NCBI GenBank assembly: GCA_944331935.1
Contig: CALVIV010000001.1
Location: forward strand, 9,968-73,967
Direction of reading: 5' to 3'
DNA length: 64,000 nucleotides
Source of the DNA: an uncultured Bacilli bacterium
GTDB lineage: Bacteria; Bacillota_I; Bacilli_A; RF39; UBA660
Part shown: positions 20,209 through 28,927 of the stretch, in pieces
How the letters are laid out: every line of letters begins with the position of its first letter
Position numbering within the stretch: the stretch's first letter is position 1
Program-made: the position numbers and the translations under genes
Notes under the pieces: model-generated
What the model was told of the DNA's origin: nothing
The model's database searches: none
What the model saw: the letters and a program-made list of their open reading frames with translations, nothing else

Positions 20209-20394
20209 AATATTTGGAAGCAACAAAAGAGCGAAGTACCAACATCAAGAGAAAATGGTACAATGATTTAATCCCTATCATCTAATTATTAGATGACAAT
20301 TTCATTGTACAAAAACTAAAATTAAATAACAATGAAAGTTTTTTCCAGTTTTACTATCGGTTAATATGATATAATTAACATTGAAGGAGGAAGT

Positions 20395-21054
20395 ATGGAT
20401 ACAGCAGTTTTAAACAATATTACTTATGGTATGTATATAGTAACTACAAAAGATAATAATAAAAATGTAGGCTGTATTATTAATACAGTAATGCAAATAA
20501 CATCAAAAAATCCTATAATATCTATAAGTTTAAACAAAGAAAACTATACAAATAAAGCATTAAAAGAAAACAAAAAATGTGCAATATCTATTTTAACAGA
20601 AGAAACAAAGCAAAAAACAATTTCAACATTTGGATATTTTTCTTCAAAGGACATAGACAAATTCAAAGATATAGAATGGGAGGAAATAAATAACTTACCT
20701 GTAGTATTAGAAAATATATCAGGATATATAATAGGAGAAGTTATAGATATAATAGATGTTAATACTCATGATGTATTTTTAATAAAGATTAAAAACACAA
20801 AACAAACATCTAATAAAACACCAATGACATACAAATACTATCATGAAGTTTTAAAAGGTAAATCACCTTCTAAAGCACCAACATATAATGAAACAAAGGA
20901 GAAGGAAAATATGAAAAAAGGAAATAAATATAAATGCACAATCTGTGGTTATATATATGATGATGAAAAAGAAGACATAAAATTTGAAGACTTACCCGAT
21001 GCTTGGAAATGTCCAATATGTGGAGTAGGTAAAGATAAATTTATTAAAATATAA
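20395..21054 (+). CDS. Flavin reductase-like domain fused to rubredoxin (high-molecular-weight rubredoxin type).
   Basis: An N-terminal FMN-binding split-barrel flavin reductase-like region, then a C-terminal rubredoxin with CTICGYIYD...[22 protein letters not shown]. Confidence 0.6.
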   Translation: MDTAVLNNITYGMYIVTTKDNNKNVGCIINTVMQITSKNPIISISLNKENYTNKALKENKKCAISILTEETKQKTISTFGYFSSKDIDKFKDIEWEEINNLPVVLENISGYIIGEVIDIIDVNTHDVFLIKIKNTKQTSNKTPMTYKYYHEVLKGKSPSKAPTYNETKEKENMKKGNKYKCTICGYIYDDEKEDIKFEDLPDAWKCPICGVGKDKFIKI

Positions 21055-21058
21055 TTAA

Positions 21059-21098
21059 GTCCGTGGCTTATCAAAAGAAAAGCCACGGACTTTTTTCT
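21059..21098 (+). terminator. Rho-independent terminator of the rubredoxin gene.
   Basis: A perfect hairpin gtccgtggc...gccacggac followed by TTTTTTCT. Confidence 0.7.
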
Positions 21099-21111
21099 AC
21101 TTCTTTACAAA

Positions 21112-21162
21112 TAATCAAAAAAAACGAAAATCGCCTCGGGGCAAAAAAGAGGGCCCCGAGGC
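21112..21162 (-). terminator. Rho-independent terminator of the DGR target gene.
   Basis: Hairpin gcctcggggc...gccccgaggc, with a T-run on the minus strand (A-run 21111-21132 on plus). Confidence 0.6.
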
Positions 21163-21238
21163 TAATCATCACGAATAATTCGACAATATTCTTTCTTTCT
21201 CTATTTTTACCATCTTATTTTGCTCAGTGAAGAAGAGT

Positions 21239-21254
21239 TAGTCCTTACGGACTA
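21239..21254 (-). promoter_or_regulatory. GNRA-type hairpin immediately 3' of the VR, embedding the target-gene stop codon.
   Basis: Minus strand tagtcc-gtaa-ggacta, a 6-bp stem with a GTAA loop. The TAA stop is within the loop. The TR copies have no such hairpin. Confidence 0.55.
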
Positions 21255-23125
21255 GTCACGCTCATCACGAGGCGGAACGAGCCATTAACACTAGGACCAC
21301 CACTGCTACCGACAGCGTTGAAATAGAAAACTCCCGCTATATTACCAGCATTAGAAGAATGGTAACCGCCGCGCAACAACCATGGGTACTCCTCACTTAC
21401 CATCGTCCTAGCATCATTATACCATCCTGATGTCTCACTTAATCCATGTGATAAACATTCACTTCCATTACATGCTGTACTAGGATTATTACTTGTATAC
21501 TTGTTATAATACTTTGCTTCTGGCATACTCTCAAATCCACTTGAAGCTACCATATCGTTATAGTTTCCCATAACATACTCCCAAGCTCCTCCTGACATAT
21601 CATATACACCATAGATTGTTCCCGTTGTACTGGCTCCTACTCCTTTTCCTGTCATTCCTTCTTCTGTTCTTATATTATTATCATATGTATATTGACATCC
21701 ATAATCTGTATTTGCATTACTTGGACTTCCATAACTACATCCCGTTATATAACTATCTGATTTATTTTGATATACTTCCTTTTCTGCACCTGTATAGTTC
21801 TCATTTCCTAATTTCCCATATTTACTTTGACTTAAATAACTTACTACTGCCCATTCATTATTTTTCATAGAATGTGAGTTCATATTTGTACTAAATCCAT
21901 ATCTATTCCCAGCCGCACTCACTTTTGTCGCTACTGCATGAATATTACTTACATTTATATTTCTCCAACTTGTTACATTTGGTTTTATCATCGCATCAAG
22001 GTTAGTTACATTTCCTCCGCCATTACTTGCACTTGGATTACTACTACTTGTCTCAAACTTTCCTACCCAAATTCCAGAAAGTTCCTCTCCATCATAAGTA
22101 AATGCATCTGGAGTATACCAATTTTTAGGTTTTTCCGTTGCAAGATATTTTGCAGTACCTGTATCTTTTTCATCTTTACTTATAAACTTAATATCAATCT
22201 CTCCTGGTAAAGCTGCTGTTGGATTACTGTTCAAATACACTCCTCTTTTTCCGTAATAAGTTGTTCCATTCTCACTTGCTATTGTATAACTATATCTCGG
22301 TATCCATACCCACATTGTCTCTACATCATCCATATTTATCTCTGTTCCAACTGGAGCACTTGTGTATTCAGCTAACTTATCACTTTTTACAGTAACAGCA
22401 TTAGCCCATATACCCATATCATAGTTATACCAACCATTACTAGTATCCGTTTTAACCCAATTATAACCATCATGTTTAATTGCAATCATATTACTATCCA
22501 TATCCGGAGCATTAACTGCATCATTTCCTTGTTCAAAATCAGGGTCATCTACTTGTTGTGTTGCAAATACTTTAAGTTGTCCTAAATACACTTTACCCAT
22601 CGCTTCATTAGTAGCATTTATATTTAACCAAACTTTTAACTCTCCATCAATTACTTCTTTAGAATCTATAACTCCATAACTTATAATTGATGAATCAGAA
22701 AGACTTCCTGTAAATGTTCTATCTCCCATTTTAAGTTCATATCTTACATCTCTAGGATCTAACAATTCACAACTTCCTCCATCTGTTGTTTGACAATTAG
22801 ATAAAGCTTCTTCATCATCTACTAATGAAAGTGTATAATATAATCCTATATTACTTTTATTCTCAAGTGAAAACTGATAAGGTGTACCACTTTTTCCATC
22901 ATCATCATATGTTGGAATAACATTCACAAGTTGTATACCATCATTTTTTTCATTTAAGACTAAATCTATATTACCAACTATAATTTGAACATCCTTTTTT
23001 CCTTTTAAAGTTGTCCTAAGCCAAGCATATGAAACACCAATAATTATAATTAAAAGAACTACAAGAGTAATAATAGCCACCTTTTTCTTATTCTCTCTCA
23101 AAGTTCTCCCTATATTTTTAACCAT
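21245..23125 (-). CDS. DGR target (variable) protein. It has an N-terminal signal anchor and a C-terminal FGE-sulfatase/C-type-lectin-fold domain carrying the VR.
   Basis: The N-terminal TM is VAIITLVVLLIIIIGVSYAWL. GVYDMSGGAWEYV is an FGE/CLec-fold hallmark. The C-terminus reads LRGGYHSSNAGNIAGVFYFNAVGSSGGPSVNGSFRLVMSVTSP. Confidence 0.7.
   Translation of the reverse strand: MVKNIGRTLRENKKKVAIITLVVLLIIIIGVSYAWLRTTLKGKKDVQIIVGNIDLVLNEKNDGIQLVNVIPTYDDDGKSGTPYQFSLENKSNIGLYYTLSLVDDEEALSNCQTTDGGSCELLDPRDVRYELKMGDRTFTGSLSDSSIISYGVIDSKEVIDGELKVWLNINATNEAMGKVYLGQLKVFATQQVDDPDFEQGNDAVNAPDMDSNMIAIKHDGYNWVKTDTSNGWYNYDMGIWANAVTVKSDKLAEYTSAPVGTEINMDDVETMWVWIPRYSYTIASENGTTYYGKRGVYLNSNPTAALPGEIDIKFISKDEKDTGTAKYLATEKPKNWYTPDAFTYDGEELSGIWVGKFETSSSNPSASNGGGNVTNLDAMIKPNVTSWRNINVSNIHAVATKVSAAGNRYGFSTNMNSHSMKNNEWAVVSYLSQSKYGKLGNENYTGAEKEVYQNKSDSYITGCSYGSPSNANTDYGCQYTYDNNIRTEEGMTGKGVGASTTGTIYGVYDMSGGAWEYVMGNYNDMVASSGFESMPEAKYYNKYTSNNPSTACNGSECLSHGLSETSGWYNDARTMVSEEYPWLLRGGYHSSNAGNIAGVFYFNAVGSSGGPSVNGSFRLVMSVTSP
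21261..21378 (-). repeat. DGR variable repeat (VR) at the 3' end of the target gene.
   Basis: Matches TR unit 1 (18365-18480) with adenine-specific mismatches. Same boundary motifs. Confidence 0.8.
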
Positions 23126-23198
23126 TAAACTTTATCTACCTCCTTATATTATCAAATTATTCTAATTAAATAATAACATTTTTTGGGAAAATATGAAA

Positions 23199-23240
23199 GA
23201 ATTTTGTCACAAATTTTGTCACAAATTTTGTCGAATTTTA
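23199..23240. repeat. Tandem 11-12 bp direct repeat (aaattttgtcac, 3 copies) in the promoter region of the DGR target gene.
   Basis: ttttgtcacaaattttgtcacaaattttgtcgaatttt lies 70-110 nt upstream of the target start codon. Confidence 0.5.
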
Positions 23241-23249
23241 TTTACTATT

Positions 23250-23281
23250 AATTAACAAAAAGAAAAAGACTCTAAAAGTCT
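23250..23281 (-). terminator. Rho-independent terminator of the kinase gene (23281..24936).
   Basis: Hairpin agactctaaaagtct followed by a T-run on the minus strand. Confidence 0.55.
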
Positions 23282-24936
23282 TAATCATGATAACAACTAC
23301 CACCAATAAACTCTCTTAAAATAGAATCATCTGGAATACTCTCACTTGGTATAGGTAATATAAGCCTTAAGATATTTAAAAGTCTCTTTGCCTCTTCATA
23401 ATAAGCTGAATCTTCATCTACTGAATAAAGTAAAGGTTCAACATAAGTTTTTAATACACCCAACTCATATATTAAAGCTGTATTAATAGTAACATCCGCT
23501 TCATCTTGATAAGGGAATATATATTTCTCTTCTCCACTTCTAACATTATTCCAAACTCTCAAAGTATCTACTACATTATATCCTCTAGTCCTATTATCTC
23601 TAATTATTCTTCTTAAAAGTCTATTATCTGTAGTAGGAAAACGATTATGATAATCTATATTAAGTTCTGTCAAAGCTGATAAATATATTTTATATTTATT
23701 TTTAGCAGGTATTTCTTTTAAAACTTTAGGATTAAGGGCATGTATTCCTTCTATTAATAAAACATCATCTTTATCAAGTTTTAACTCTTTAACAAACTCT
23801 TTAACCCCTTCTTTAAAGTTATAGATAGGAGCCATTACATCTTTACCCTCTAATAATTCATTAACTTGTTTAGTAAGTAACTTATTATCAACCGCTTCAA
23901 AACATTCATAATCTTTCTCCCCTTTTTCATTTAAAGGAGTTTTATCTCTATCTACAAAGTAATCATCCATACTAATCATCTTAGGATTAAGTCCAAAACT
24001 CTTTAAATACATACATAGTTTAGTAGTTGTTGTCGTCTTACCACTAGAAGAAGGACCTGCAAGTAATATAATTTTCTTATCTTTTTTATTATCTACTATT
24101 TTTTTAGCAACACCTAAAAGTCTATTACTCTGTAACGTTTCATCTATTCTAATTAAATCAGCTATTTTACCACGACTAACAACTTCATTTAAATCGGCAA
24201 TAGTCTCTATCTTCATTAACTTAGTCCATTCTCTACACTCTTTAAAGACTTTAAACATATTAGGATGATGGACATAAGTTTTAATTTGATTATGAGAATA
24301 CTCTGTAGGAAATTGAAGTACAAATCCATTATCATCTACATAAGTTAGTTTAAACTCTTTTAAACATGAAGTAGAAGGAGGCATCTTACCATAAAAGTAA
24401 TTATAGTAGTTACCTAATCTATAAAGAGTAATAAATGTATTAGTATTATATTTCATTATCTTAGCTTTCGCTAAATCATTAATACTCTCAAAATAATGTA
24501 TAGCAGATATTCTTTCAACACTAACTTTAGTAATAGATAAATCCATCTCTACTAGTTTTAACATCTTTCTAGCAATTGTTTTAAGAATTGTCTCTGTTAA
24601 AGGAAAACTTGTCTTAATATAAATTCCCTTATCTAATGAATGCATTACTACTATATTAGCATCAAGTCCAAATATCTCTTTAACTGCAACTATAAGTAAA
24701 AAAGTTAATCCTGCAATATGGGCTCTATTACCTATTTTAGAATTTAAATCATAAAAGGTTATTCCACAAGAATCATTAACAACATAACTAAGCTCTCTAT
24801 ATACATTATTAACACTTGCTAAAATAATAGGAAAACGATAATCTTTTTGATACTCTTTACTAAGTTGTAATAAAGTTGTTCCAGAAGGAATAGTCTCTTC
24901 TTTACCATTAATTGTTACTTTAACTTCTTCTATCAT
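23281..24936 (-). CDS. Uridine kinase/phosphoribulokinase-family P-loop kinase with an N-terminal TGS-like beta-grasp domain.
   Basis: P-loop LLAGPSSSGKTTTTTKL with ...ISMDDYF, typical of the uridine kinase family. The N-terminal MIEEVKVTINGKEETIPSGTTLLQL is TGS-like. Confidence 0.5.
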   Translation of the reverse strand: MIEEVKVTINGKEETIPSGTTLLQLSKEYQKDYRFPIILASVNNVYRELSYVVNDSCGITFYDLNSKIGNRAHIAGLTFLLIVAVKEIFGLDANIVVMHSLDKGIYIKTSFPLTETILKTIARKMLKLVEMDLSITKVSVERISAIHYFESINDLAKAKIMKYNTNTFITLYRLGNYYNYFYGKMPPSTSCLKEFKLTYVDDNGFVLQFPTEYSHNQIKTYVHHPNMFKVFKECREWTKLMKIETIADLNEVVSRGKIADLIRIDETLQSNRLLGVAKKIVDNKKDKKIILLAGPSSSGKTTTTTKLCMYLKSFGLNPKMISMDDYFVDRDKTPLNEKGEKDYECFEAVDNKLLTKQVNELLEGKDVMAPIYNFKEGVKEFVKELKLDKDDVLLIEGIHALNPKVLKEIPAKNKYKIYLSALTELNIDYHNRFPTTDNRLLRRIIRDNRTRGYNVVDTLRVWNNVRSGEEKYIFPYQDEADVTINTALIYELGVLKTYVEPLLYSVDEDSAYYEEAKRLLNILRLILPIPSESIPDDSILREFIGGSCYHD

Positions 24937-25061
24937 TCTAACACCCTCTTAATTCTATATATGATTATATCAAAATTAACATACAAAGTCTAATAATTTT
25001 GCCACATCTTGTAAGGTATAATTTAAAGTTTATTTGGATATAGTAGAATTAGGTGATAATA

Positions 25062-25631
25062 ATGAATTTAATACCCATGATTGTTGATAAAGAAATAAAT
25101 GGAGAAAGAAGTTATGATATTTTTTCTAAGTTATTAAAGAATAGAATTATTATTTTAAGTGGAACTATTAATGATGAATCTGCTAACACAATCGTCGCTG
25201 AACTATTATATTTAGACTCCCTAAATCATGAAGATATTTCTCTTTATATCAATTCCCCTGGAGGTTCAGTAACAGCAGGTTTCGCTATCTATGACACCAT
25301 GAATTTAATTAAAAGTGATGTTTCCACCATATGTATGGGCATGGCTGCATCAATGGCTGCTTTTCTTCTATCTAGTGGCAAGAAAGGAAAACGATATGCT
25401 CTTCCTAACAGTGAAGTAATGATACACCAACCTCTAGGAGGAGCGGAAGGCCAAGCGACAGAAATAAAGATAGCCGCAGAACATATCTTAAAGACTAAAA
25501 AAAAGCTAAATAAGATTCTAGCTTCAAATACCAATAAAAAATTAGAAAAAATAGAACAAGATACAGAAAGAGATTATTTTCTAGAAGCTAAGGAAGCTAA
25601 AGAGTATGGACTAATAGATAAGGTTCTTTAA
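25062..25631 (+). CDS. clpP: ATP-dependent Clp protease proteolytic subunit.
   Basis: [10 protein letters not shown]...[11 protein letters not shown] and [19 protein letters not shown] with the catalytic S/H/D context. The track ORF starts 3 codons earlier. Confidence 0.9.
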   Translation: MNLIPMIVDKEINGERSYDIFSKLLKNRIIILSGTINDESANTIVAELLYLDSLNHEDISLYINSPGGSVTAGFAIYDTMNLIKSDVSTICMGMAASMAAFLLSSGKKGKRYALPNSEVMIHQPLGGAEGQATEIKIAAEHILKTKKKLNKILASNTNKKLEKIEQDTERDYFLEAKEAKEYGLIDKVL

Positions 25632-25879
25632 TCTACAAAGACTTTATCCATTAGTTTTTTTATTTTTTTCTTTCTCTGTTTAGTTTTCTTCTTATTAACA
25701 AAGACTTCTTTAGTATCACTATCAATCTCTAAAACATCACCCTCTTTAACAGAAGGAAGTTTATCTATTCGATAAGTCATAACCCTGCCTTTATCAAGTT
25801 CAACTACTACTAAATTATTCTCTATTCTATCAACAATTACTTCCATAGGTTTAACATATTCACTAAATATAAAAAGCAC
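25628..25879 (-). CDS. DUF3006-like small protein.
   Basis: [42 protein letters not shown] follows the DUF3006 pattern. The true start is probably Met at 25846. Confidence 0.45.
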   Translation of the reverse strand: MLFIFSEYVKPMEVIVDRIENNLVVVELDKGRVMTYRIDKLPSVKEGDVLEIDSDTKEVFVNKKKTKQRKKKIKKLMDKVFVD

Positions 25880-26119
25880 CTCCTCTCACACATAATATCT
25901 CTTTCTAAAGACACTATAACAGAAAAGAAATGCTTTGCAAAATTACGATTTTTCTAAATTCAAGACATTTTTCTTAGCAATTTTCAAAATTCCCTAGGAG
26001 AAAATACAATATCTAAGCCTAAATTCATCTAAATATTTAAAATTACAACTTTTTCATTTTTTAGCACATAAAGTCCAATTATCTTCAAGTATTAACTTTT
26101 CCTACTTACAATAAAACTG

Positions 26120-26599
26120 GTGATAAAAGTGGTAGAAAATGGAAACAGAATGGCTATATTACGCCATAATAATGGTTTATTGCAAAAGGACATTGCAAAA
26201 ATTTTAAATGTAAAAGAAAATACTTATTCTAAATGGGAAAAATGCTCTAATGATATACCTTTAGAAAAGATTAATATACTAGCTAATTATTATGATGTTA
26301 ATTTAGATTATTTATTAGGTATATCTAACAAAATAGAACATAGTGAAAAGTTAAAAATTGATTATAAAAAGATATGTGAAAGGCTATTAGAACTAAGAAA
26401 AGAAAATCACTTAACACAAGCCAAATTAAGTGATAAAATAGGCTTCTTTCAAACAACCTATTCTAGTTTTGAAACAGGGGCAAGATGCCCTACTACACAC
26501 AAATTACTATATATAGTAAACTTTTATAATGCTTCTATGGACTACGTTGTAGGTAGAACTGATAGAAAGAAAATATATAAAAGTATTCATCTTAATTAA
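26120..26599 (+). CDS. XRE-family transcriptional regulator with two HTH domains.
   Basis: Two Cro/C1-type HTH segments: LQKDIAKILNVKENTYSKWE and LTQAKLSDKIGFFQTTYSSFE. Confidence 0.6.
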   Translation: MIKVVENGNRMAILRHNNGLLQKDIAKILNVKENTYSKWEKCSNDIPLEKINILANYYDVNLDYLLGISNKIEHSEKLKIDYKKICERLLELRKENHLTQAKLSDKIGFFQTTYSSFETGARCPTTHKLLYIVNFYNASMDYVVGRTDRKKIYKSIHLN

Positions 26600-27957
26600 T
26601 TTTTCAAGCATCCTACAGGAATAACATAAACATCATCATCACGCTTATAAGCATAATTACCAGTTGCAGTTAATACCATCATGAATGATGGTTTTTTCAT
26701 TTTTTCAGTATCTATTTTATTTTGCATTTTAATTAAATTTTTAGCACCTTCATCAATTAGTTTATCGCCACCTAGTTTTATTTCAACAAGTCCATAAGAA
26801 CCATTTCTTAAATGTATAACAGCATCACATTCTAAAGAAGATGAATCTCTATAATGATAAACACTTCCATTTATACTTTCTGCATAAACCCTTAAATCCC
26901 TAACACATAATGTTTCAAATACCAAACCAAAAGTATTTAAATCATTAATTAAATCTTCTGGTCCTATTCCAAGACTAGCAGTTGCAATAGAAGGATCAAT
27001 AAAATATCTAGTATCAGAAGTTCTTATAGCAGTTTTACTTCTTAAATTAGGATTCCATGCTGGAGACTCTTCTATTACAAATATTTTTTTCAAAGCATTA
27101 ATATATGAAAAAACTGTATCTGTATCTAAAGCAAAAGAATCATTATTTATCATATCATTTTTTATTGTTTCTATTGATGCTTGGCTACCAATATTTCTAG
27201 CATAACTTCTCATTAAATTCTTTACTCTAAGAGGATTTCTACTAACACCATCAACTCTGGATATATCAGAATTAACAATTGCATCATAATAATCAAAAGC
27301 TGAGTCTAAAGCAATATCTTTATCTAAAAATATACTTCTTGGCCATCCTCCTCTACAACATAAATAGGCAATATCTTCAAGTGATAGATTATTTATTCCA
27401 TTAACAGTGGACGGGCTATTAAATAAATCTTTAAGACTTATAGTACCAGTTGATTCTCCTGATTCATATAAAGTCATAGGTCTCATTAATAACCATGAAA
27501 ACCTTCCAGTCCCAGTATGTGCGATTTTACTTCTATCTACAGGAACAGCTGAACCAGTAAGAATAAATTGTCCTTCTTCCCCTCTATGATCTACTTCAAA
27601 TCTAATTGCATCCCATAACTTTGGAGCAAGTTGCCATTCGTCAATTAACCTAGGAGTATTGCCAGTCAATAATAAAGCAGGATTGATGTCTGCAAGAGTT
27701 AAATTTTGTTCTTGATTCGCTGGATCAGCCATATATAATACGCTTTTTGAAATTTGCTCTGCTGTAGTTGTTTTCCCACACCATTTAGGTCCTTCTATCA
27801 AAACAGCACCTTTACCTTTTAGTTTCCTTTCTAATATTTCATCAGCAATTCTACTTTTATATTTTTCCATTTTAAGGTCTCCTTTTGAAATAATTTTAAC
27901 ATTAAATAATACTTTTTTCAATGCTTTTCGGTAATTTGTAGACTTTTTATTCGGCAA
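26596..27957 (-). CDS. AAA+ ATPase of the DUF4143 family (COG1373-like).
   Basis: Walker A GPKWCGKTTTAEQ and Walker B LLIDEWQ, with a C-terminal restriction-endonuclease-like region. Paralogous to the gene at 45897..47138. Confidence 0.6.
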   Translation of the reverse strand: MPNKKSTNYRKALKKVLFNVKIISKGDLKMEKYKSRIADEILERKLKGKGAVLIEGPKWCGKTTTAEQISKSVLYMADPANQEQNLTLADINPALLLTGNTPRLIDEWQLAPKLWDAIRFEVDHRGEEGQFILTGSAVPVDRSKIAHTGTGRFSWLLMRPMTLYESGESTGTISLKDLFNSPSTVNGINNLSLEDIAYLCCRGGWPRSIFLDKDIALDSAFDYYDAIVNSDISRVDGVSRNPLRVKNLMRSYARNIGSQASIETIKNDMINNDSFALDTDTVFSYINALKKIFVIEESPAWNPNLRSKTAIRTSDTRYFIDPSIATASLGIGPEDLINDLNTFGLVFETLCVRDLRVYAESINGSVYHYRDSSSLECDAVIHLRNGSYGLVEIKLGGDKLIDEGAKNLIKMQNKIDTEKMKKPSFMMVLTATGNYAYKRDDDVYVIPVGCLKN

Positions 27958-27990
27958 TTTGTGAGCTTTTTATTCGGTAATTTGTAGTTT
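27925..27990. repeat. Three tandem about 22-bp direct repeats (tttttattcggtaatttgtag) immediately upstream of the DUF4143 ATPase gene.
   Basis: ttttcggtaatttgtagac / tttttattcggcaatttgtgagc / tttttattcggtaatttgtag. Confidence 0.6.
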
Positions 27991-28003
27991 TTAAGGTTGC
28001 TAT

Positions 28004-28915
28004 TTAATTATCTAAAAACTTAAGTGCTAACTCTTTAATCTTCCTAAATCTATGATTAAGTCCTGACTTAGTGATTTTTTTACCAGTCTCTAAGCTGATA
28101 ATCTCACTTAGTTCTTTTAATGAAGCCTCTTGATATTTCTTACGATATTCTAAAGCTTCTTTAGTCTTATCATCAAGTAATTCTATCGCCATATTATCTT
28201 CAAGTATCTTAATATAATTTAACTGTTCCATCGCTGAATCTATTACTCTATCCATATTTGCTTGTTCGCAATTATTAAGACGATTAGTTTTATTTTTAGC
28301 ATCCCTATAAACTCTTATCTCTTCATAATAAAGCACTGCCTTACTACAACCAATTATCTTTAAAAAATCACTTATCTTATCAGCTTCTTTAATATATATC
28401 ATAAATCCTTTATCACGACTTAATAATTTAGCATTAAGTGAATAAGTATTAAGAAGTTTCTGAACAAAAACCGCTTCTTCGCTTCTTTCAATTAAAAACT
28501 CTAAATGATATCTACTAGTCTTAGGGTCATTAATACTACCACTACTCAAGAAAACTCCTCTTAAATAACCCCTAACCTCATCATCAGACTCTACTAAATA
28601 ACTAGGAACAACTTCACTATCAATACAAAAAGTTTCTTTAATAAAGTCATATCCTTCAACAATAACTAAAGCTTTAAGTTTATTTTTACTGAAGTTATTA
28701 TTATCTAAAAGCTCTTCACTATAAGATATCTCCTCATAACTATCAAGTAATTCTTTTAAGTATGCTATAACAGCATCATTCTCACTACTAATAGTAATAG
28801 AATCTTTAATTATCTGATAATTATTACGAAAAAAGCCTGAGATTAAAGCTATTTTAGCAGTCTCAGTTATTTTTAATGTAGTTATTTCATTTTTTACTGT
28901 ACCAGTAAAAGACAT
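28004..28915 (-). CDS. whiA: Sporulation/cell-division regulator WhiA.
   Basis: MSFTGTVKNEI is the WhiA-type N-terminus. 303 aa with a C-terminal HTH. Sits next to yvcK. Confidence 0.8.
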   Translation of the reverse strand: MSFTGTVKNEITTLKITETAKIALISGFFRNNYQIIKDSITISSENDAVIAYLKELLDSYEEISYSEELLDNNNFSKNKLKALVIVEGYDFIKETFCIDSEVVPSYLVESDDEVRGYLRGVFLSSGSINDPKTSRYHLEFLIERSEEAVFVQKLLNTYSLNAKLLSRDKGFMIYIKEADKISDFLKIIGCSKAVLYYEEIRVYRDAKNKTNRLNNCEQANMDRVIDSAMEQLNYIKILEDNMAIELLDDKTKEALEYRKKYQEASLKELSEIISLETGKKITKSGLNHRFRKIKELALKFLDN

Positions 28916-28927
28916 AAGACATTCCCC

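Noticed and set aside
18225-20215. Possibility that the about 340-bp tandem units are a CRISPR array or satellite.
   Set aside because: The repeat period is about 340 bp. Each unit contains a 110-bp coding-like TR segment with VR boundaries. There are no short 25-40-bp palindromic repeats and no cas genes. The structure is explained by the DGR.
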